From: an uncultured Candidatus Saccharibacteria bacterium
GTDB taxonomy: Bacteria; Patescibacteriota; Minisyncoccia; Phycocordibacterales; DATDWN01
Length of the DNA stretch: 64,000 nt
Direction of reading: 5' to 3'
Assembly (NCBI GenBank): GCA_964468795.1
Contig: CAYXWL010000002.1
Span: forward strand, 5,459 to 69,458
Below, in pieces: positions 58,720-64,000 of the stretch. The position numbers were made by a program, and so were the translations under genes. Under the pieces are notes generated by a model that searched no databases, was not told where the DNA came from, and saw only the letters and a program-made list of their open reading frames with translations. Position 1 is the stretch's first letter. Every line of letters starts with the position of its first letter.

Positions 58720-59568
58720 ATGGAAAATATAAACCAGTCTTCTGAGGTGAAGACTAAAAACATCACCTTATCATCTGTTTTAAAATGGATTTTTGGAGTT
58801 ATCTTTACTATGGTAGGAGTAACTTCAATTTTTTCAGACTTTCTTCCAGGGATATCATTTCTAGTTATTGGGCTCATTTTTCTTCCGCCATTTAATAAGT
58901 TCCTGAAAAATAAATTTAATTTTGTTTTGAGTCGTAACGTAAAAATAGGAATTGTCAGTATTTTAGTTGTCCTAGCTGGGGCGACAATGGATACCAAACC
59001 AAAAGATGTATCGGAAACGACTCCAAATGTTACAAATTCTCAAAAAGAATCAAACACGGTAACATCTCCAGTAGTGGCTGAAGTAAAACCAAAAACTCTT
59101 GAAGAGAGAATAAGCGGGATCATAAATTCTTCACTCGGGGCACAAACAAATACAAGTAAACCACGTCTAATAAGTGTTGAAGTAAGTAAATACACACCAT
59201 CAATGCTTTCGGATTATGGATATAAGTCCTCTGATGATGTTTCAAGTATTTTTATCATAATAAATGCCGACGAAAATATAACAACCAATCTTCAGAAGAG
59301 TACCCTGAACAAAGAAGCGTTTGAATTGGCAAAAGCAGTATTTCCGATCGATCACACTATCGCGGACTTGATTATTTGGGAACAACTTCCAGTACAGGAT
59401 AAGTATGGAAATATAAAAGATGGCACAGCAATAGTTTATGGAATTTCTCGTCCATTGTTTTCTAAAATCAATCTAGATAATTTCTTCTATAACGACCTGC
59501 CTAATCTTCTGAGATCGGAGATTAGGAATGATGATCGAAATAGTTACTTTGAGAAAATCACGTTTTAA
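58720..59568 (+). CDS. Hypothetical membrane-anchored protein with extracytoplasmic domain
   Basis: Three TMs, Ser/Thr/Pro linker, DKYGN motif. Confidence 0.75.
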   Translation: MENINQSSEVKTKNITLSSVLKWIFGVIFTMVGVTSIFSDFLPGISFLVIGLIFLPPFNKFLKNKFNFVLSRNVKIGIVSILVVLAGATMDTKPKDVSETTPNVTNSQKESNTVTSPVVAEVKPKTLEERISGIINSSLGAQTNTSKPRLISVEVSKYTPSMLSDYGYKSSDDVSSIFIIINADENITTNLQKSTLNKEAFELAKAVFPIDHTIADLIIWEQLPVQDKYGNIKDGTAIVYGISRPLFSKINLDNFFYNDLPNLLRSEIRNDDRNSYFEKITF

Positions 59569-59575
59569 TTATTCA

Positions 59576-61095
59576 CTATTTATTACTAGGCATAGTTTTC
59601 TCAACATCCACATAATCTGAATGATAAATAGTGTCATCATCGTTATCATTTCCTCCCAACCAAAACATTATGATAGTACCTTCATTTGAGTGCTTATTAA
59701 GTGTTGAATTAATAAGTAATGAAAAAGCGTCTGCGAGGTCGTCGTGTTTCTCCACTCCAAAACCAACGAGTTGCTCAATGAGTTGTTCACATCCATGTCT
59801 GGGAAACTTTATCATCCCAGATTTTATTGACTCGATGTTAGAGATAATCTTGTCCGTTTATCACCCTTAGGTTTTACAGCTTCCGCTTCAATACCGTTGA
59901 ATTCTAACATCTGTGGTAAAGCTTCTTGATAAGCGACACTTTCTACAAATAATGTATCGCTACTAAGTGGCATTTGAGTATTTTTAAAGTTCTTCATTAA
60001 TTCCACTTGAGCCGGAAAGTTTAATTTTTGAACAATCGGATTTGGTAGAATGTAGATTCGCATTTTTTCGCATCGGCTGTAGACGTGAGCTGAGACAATT
60101 GCTGTAAAGTCTGCGGAGTCTTTTTCTGATATAGCCAAGTCAGCTCCGGCATAGGTTCCACGATACGCTTTGTGATTTATTCCTGGTAGTTCGTCATAGA
60201 ACTGAATCCACTCAGGATATATTACCTGATCATCACTTGGAATGATTCTAAGTAAGTACTCTCTTTGCCATGACACCTCACTGGCAACTTTCAACTTTTC
60301 TTCCTCTACATCTTTTTCCGTTGGATATTTTCCGCGCCATAAACAAACATTTTCGTTATCAAGTAGCGGATATTGTTTAAATACTCCTTTTGATCGATCA
60401 TTTTCTATATCTTCTTTAATTCTCATGAGAAGAGAATCTTCATGCAAAAGGTTTCCAACAATAATGAGTCTAGTCTTACGATCTCCAGCAGGTATAACTT
60501 CACCATAGAGCCATTGGTATGTTTTATTTCGTCCTTCACGAGTTTTTGTTGATTGCACATCTTCAATATCGTCACAAATAATTAAATCTGGACGGTGTTC
60601 GTTGTGTCTGATACCACGAATACTCTGTTCGGTTGAAGCGACTGTGATTCTTGCCCCACTTTTATTAAACACAAGAGAATAAGACCCCCACTCGTCGCTT
60701 TGCTCCTGAAATGGCCCGAGGTCTTTTTTCAGAAGTTCATTATTTTCAAGTTCTGTACGGATATTCATCATGTGTTGTTTTGCTTGTGTCCGTGTCTGAC
60801 AGAAAATCACACAAAATTTCTTTTGTTGTTTTCCTAAAATTGCCCAGATTGGATATGCAGTGGTAACCATTGTTGATTTTCCGGAACCACGAAAGGCTAC
60901 CACGTACATATTTTCAGTTGAACTTTTTTCTAGATTATGAATAATCTCTTTTTGGAAATCAGCGGTTTCATATTTCACATAATGGGCATAATAGAAATGA
61001 AAGAAATATAAGAAACTATCTTTTGTAATTGATGTTCTAACCAACTTGTCTTTCATCATTCTATTCACCAACTTGCCATCAATAATTTTAGTCAT
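59576..61095 (-). pseudogene. Terminase large subunit with 1-nt frameshift near 59826
   Basis: RGSGKST, IICDDIED, GADLA...DFTA, HDDLADA; adding one A at agtcaataaaatct restores a single frame. Confidence 0.85.
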
Positions 61096-61498
61096 GTTTT
61101 TTATTTATGTTTCTTATGGATTTTGATTTGGTCAGAGATGCAAGTTTGAGAGCTTGTTTTACAATTTTGGCTTGACCAGGTGTCAGTTCTTCAGATTCTT
61201 CTTTTGTGGTGATTTCAATTTTGTCTTTGTAGTTGGCGTTTCTATGACGAAGCCAGAAGCTGATTGCTGGCCAGTTTTTCTCCTTAATCATCGTAAGTAG
61301 TTGGCTTTCACTCATATCATTTACTAAAGCTACACCATTAGCAAAAGCCTCATCCATTTTCTTTGAAAAGATAGGATCCTCTTTCTTCCAACGGTATACA
61401 CTATTTCTGGAAAGTCCTGTTTTTTCACAAGCCACCTGGACTATGGGTACTTTCGCAAGCTCTGCCAGAAATTGATCCTGAAATTTATTCTTTTTCAT
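61088..61498 (-). CDS. Terminase small subunit-like HTH protein
   Basis: HTH ACEKTGLSRNSVYRW; overlaps the terL start. Confidence 0.78.
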   Translation of the reverse strand: MKKNKFQDQFLAELAKVPIVQVACEKTGLSRNSVYRWKKEDPIFSKKMDEAFANGVALVNDMSESQLLTMIKEKNWPAISFWLRHRNANYKDKIEITTKEESEELTPGQAKIVKQALKLASLTKSKSIRNINKKHD

Positions 61499-62768
61499 AG
61501 TGTTCAATGAATGCTTTGTTACCTGTAAAAGCTTCATATCTTTTTATAATGAGATCACAAAATCTCGGTTCTAATTCGCACCCATATATACGTCGACCTA
61601 GCTGTTCGCCTGCGAGTAAGGTACTACCTGATCCAAGGAAACTGTCCAGAATTATGTCGTTCGGCTTAGTACATCGTTTTATCGCTTTTTCGTGTAAGGT
61701 TATCGGTTTAGAAGTAGCATGTTCGTAGTCTTTGGCTGAGAGGCGTTTTGCTGTCCATATTTCTATAAATTCATCAACTTGTGAGACAAGATCATTACCC
61801 GTGCCAAATTCTTTATTCATCACTTCATTGAGATCCATAATTGATTCGGCAAGATATGGTTTTCCGCGGACACCATATACCGCAGGCTCATATGCTTTAT
61901 TGCAGTACACTTTCGGCACAGGATTTTGTGAATTTTTTAACCACAGACACACTCGCTTGTTGCTTATACCCAGCGCTCTGTATACATCCTGAATTAATCC
62001 GATATAAATTTGATCACAGTAGTAGAAGATGTGAGTATCTACATGTGATACAGCTAGTGCTGAAATGAGACTATTCTTAATGAAAAGTTTATATTCTTCA
62101 AAAGTGCGTGAGTCATTTACATTTCCTCCATAATTTTTGTTTCCACCAATACCACCGTCATAATCTATCTTGATGTTATACACTGGATCTGAATAGATCA
62201 TGGACACCTTTTCATTTCCAAGTAGTCGTTTCAAATTTTCCTCACTGGTCGAGTCTCCACAAATAATTTTGTGATTACCGAGATGGATAATATCACCGAG
62301 CTTAGTTTTTGGTTCAGTAATTTTTTTGAGTTCCTTCTCAATATCAAAGGAATCATTTTTTGTCTCATTGTCCTCATCCCAAAACTTTGCAAGCTCAATA
62401 CTGTCGAACCCAGCAAAAGACAGAGTCTCCATATCAAACGATTTCAGTAAATCATAATCCCAGTCACCACCGAGCTTGTTTGATCCAATGAGATATTCTC
62501 TGGATTCTTTTTCTGTAAGTTTTCTATTTGGTACTCTAATATCAATCAATTCATTACCTCGACCAAGTAACTGCAGAGCTTTTATTCTTTGGTGACCCGC
62601 AAGAATTTTTCCATCATGATCTATCGCTGGTATCTCCACAAGATTAAACTTCCTCAAACTTCTCGTTAAATTAGACATTTGTTTGTCACTGATTTTGCGA
62701 GGATTGACCTCTTGGGGGATAAGGTCATCTACACGTTTTTGGACCGTCGTCCATGAAAGCTTTTTCAT
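61485..62768 (-). CDS. ParB-like domain + DNA N4/N6 methyltransferase
   Basis: NPRKI...LAGHQR; DPVY, HATSKP, DSFLGSGST. Confidence 0.9.
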   Translation of the reverse strand: MKKLSWTTVQKRVDDLIPQEVNPRKISDKQMSNLTRSLRKFNLVEIPAIDHDGKILAGHQRIKALQLLGRGNELIDIRVPNRKLTEKESREYLIGSNKLGGDWDYDLLKSFDMETLSFAGFDSIELAKFWDEDNETKNDSFDIEKELKKITEPKTKLGDIIHLGNHKIICGDSTSEENLKRLLGNEKVSMIYSDPVYNIKIDYDGGIGGNKNYGGNVNDSRTFEEYKLFIKNSLISALAVSHVDTHIFYYCDQIYIGLIQDVYRALGISNKRVCLWLKNSQNPVPKVYCNKAYEPAVYGVRGKPYLAESIMDLNEVMNKEFGTGNDLVSQVDEFIEIWTAKRLSAKDYEHATSKPITLHEKAIKRCTKPNDIILDSFLGSGSTLLAGEQLGRRIYGCELEPRFCDLIIKRYEAFTGNKAFIEHYEKE

Positions 62769-62933
62769 ACTATTTTATTAATTTATTTTTAATAAAATGT
62801 ATGGATATAGAAAAAACCTATTCCACACACGAAATAGTCAAAGTCCGATAAACTTCAATCTATTTCTTGCGCGGAATAGGCATGGCTTGGAGGCGATACG
62901 CTATTCTACTTTTTACAACGCAGAAACTTATAC

Positions 62934-63347
62934 TTATATTTTATTACTATCTATATTTTTTGCAAGTTTCCGAAGGATTCTCTTGCCATTTTTGCTTTTT
63001 ATAAACTCAACAGTGTCTTTTCCAGGAAAAACAGGTATACCATCTCGTGGTAAGGCAAGTAATATCTTGTATCCTTTCAATTCTTCTTCCCGTACCATTT
63101 TTATAAAATCAGGATCTTGTCTAAGAAACTCTACAATAAAGTTTTTACCGTCGGCCATCTCTGATTTATGTATGGGTGCATATACTCTCCCGGGTTTATC
63201 AGATTCAAATGCTTTTTTGAACTTTTCTCCAATAGATACAGTCAGTGTCTTTTTACTCGTGTGAAATGCAACATCAGTTATTTGCATGATTTTATATTTA
63301 AAGTCATCTCTTCGTTCAAATGGTTTGAGTTGTAGTTGGTATTCCAT
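62934..63347 (-). CDS. Hypothetical protein
   Basis: ATG-started ORF divergent from the repressor, same strand as the MTase-ter operon. Confidence 0.6.
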   Translation of the reverse strand: MEYQLQLKPFERRDDFKYKIMQITDVAFHTSKKTLTVSIGEKFKKAFESDKPGRVYAPIHKSEMADGKNFIVEFLRQDPDFIKMVREEELKGYKILLALPRDGIPVFPGKDTVEFIKSKNGKRILRKLAKNIDSNKI

Positions 63348-63406
63348 ATAGAAGAGTATAACAAGGACTTGCTTTTTTGTATAGGGTTCTGTATACTATT
63401 TATACC

Positions 63407-64000
63407 ATGACAAATAACCTTAGTGACAAAGACAAAAAAGCTTTTGCCCTTATCCGCAACAAGATTATCAATTATGGTAAAAACCCTTCTCTTCGTGAGA
63501 TAAACGAAGTAACAGGGGGCAAATCTCCAAGATCTGCGAGTCTTGTGGTAGGCAGACTGATTGAAGCTGGATTGATTAAAAAGAATGGAAGAAATATCAT
63601 TCTTGCAAATACACAGCCAGTATCTTCTGTCAGTACTATCGATATCCCCCTATTAGGAGCTGTTCCTTGTGGAGCACCAATGTTTGCAGAAGAAAATATA
63701 GAAGCCTATATTCCAGTTTCAACAGCACTGGCAAAAAAAGGTTCTATATATTTTCTATTGCGTGCAGTCGGTGATTCTATGAATCAAGCTGGTATCAATA
63801 GTGGTGATTTACTTCTTGTTCGCCAACAGGAAACAGCTGAGAATGGTGAAAAAGTTGTTGCTCTTATCAATGATGAGGCAACAGTGAAAATTTTTGAAAA
63901 AGCTGATGGCGTTGTTATCCTTAGACCAAAATCTAGCAATAATGCACACAAGCCGATTATATTAACAGATAACTGTATGATCCAAGGAGTAGTTGTTGCG
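63407..64000 (+). CDS. LexA/CI-like autocleaving repressor (runs off window; not in ORF track)
   Basis: Manual translation: PSLREI wHTH, VPCG cleavage site, GDSM Ser, ATVK Lys. Confidence 0.9.
   Translation, partial: MTNNLSDKDKKAFALIRNKIINYGKNPSLREINEVTGGKSPRSASLVVGRLIEAGLIKKNGRNIILANTQPVSSVSTIDIPLLGAVPCGAPMFAEENIEAYIPVSTALAKKGSIYFLLRAVGDSMNQAGINSGDLLLVRQQETAENGEKVVALINDEATVKIFEKADGVVILRPKSSNNAHKPIILTDNCMIQGVVVA

Larger units (their letters stand above)
36610..64000. mobile_element. Composite genomic island of two serine-recombinase modules next to tRNA-Gln
   Basis: Switch of coding strand and AT content (by eye); duplicated recombinase/TerS-like/MTase genes; pseudogenes; boundaries and att sites not identified. 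Confidence 0.7.

Noticed and set aside
170-63264. Many short antisense or overlapping ORFs in the track (e.g. 2523-2948, 26091-26384, 52624-52968, 62797-63264)
   Set aside because: Shadows of well-supported genes on the other strand or frame, with no motifs of their own
36367-64000. attL/attR duplication of the tRNA-Gln 3' end
   Set aside because: No second copy noticed by eye in the window; not exhaustively searched

Overview
Bacterial chromosome window in genetic code 11. The gene content and the very short or leaderless promoters fit a CPR/Patescibacteria (Parcubacteria-like) genome; this is an inference, not a database result. Bases 1-36.4 kb are mostly minus-strand backbone: uvrB, tgt, xseAB, a DEAD-box helicase, msrAB, two ECF sigma/anti-sigma pairs flanking an ApbE flavinylation/RnfD-FNR redox cluster, stress proteins, tyrS and a pilin-dockerin fusion. 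This part also holds several promoter-driven, structured, apparently non-coding transcripts. After tRNA-Gln(TTG) at 36367-36440 a visibly AT-richer accessory region runs to the window end. It is built from two related modules, each with plus-strand cargo converging on a minus-strand large serine recombinase, followed by a TerS-like HTH gene and a DNA methyltransferase. Module 1 is decayed and carries Nudix/glycosyltransferase cargo. Module 2 carries copper-resistance, M23 and ftsW cargo and adds a large terminase, a LexA/CI-like repressor and a C4/CI-like antisense RNA structure. No portal, capsid or tail gene is seen in the window. This terminase-only integrative element is the best candidate for an undescribed system. 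All calls come from reading motifs by eye; no searches were run.
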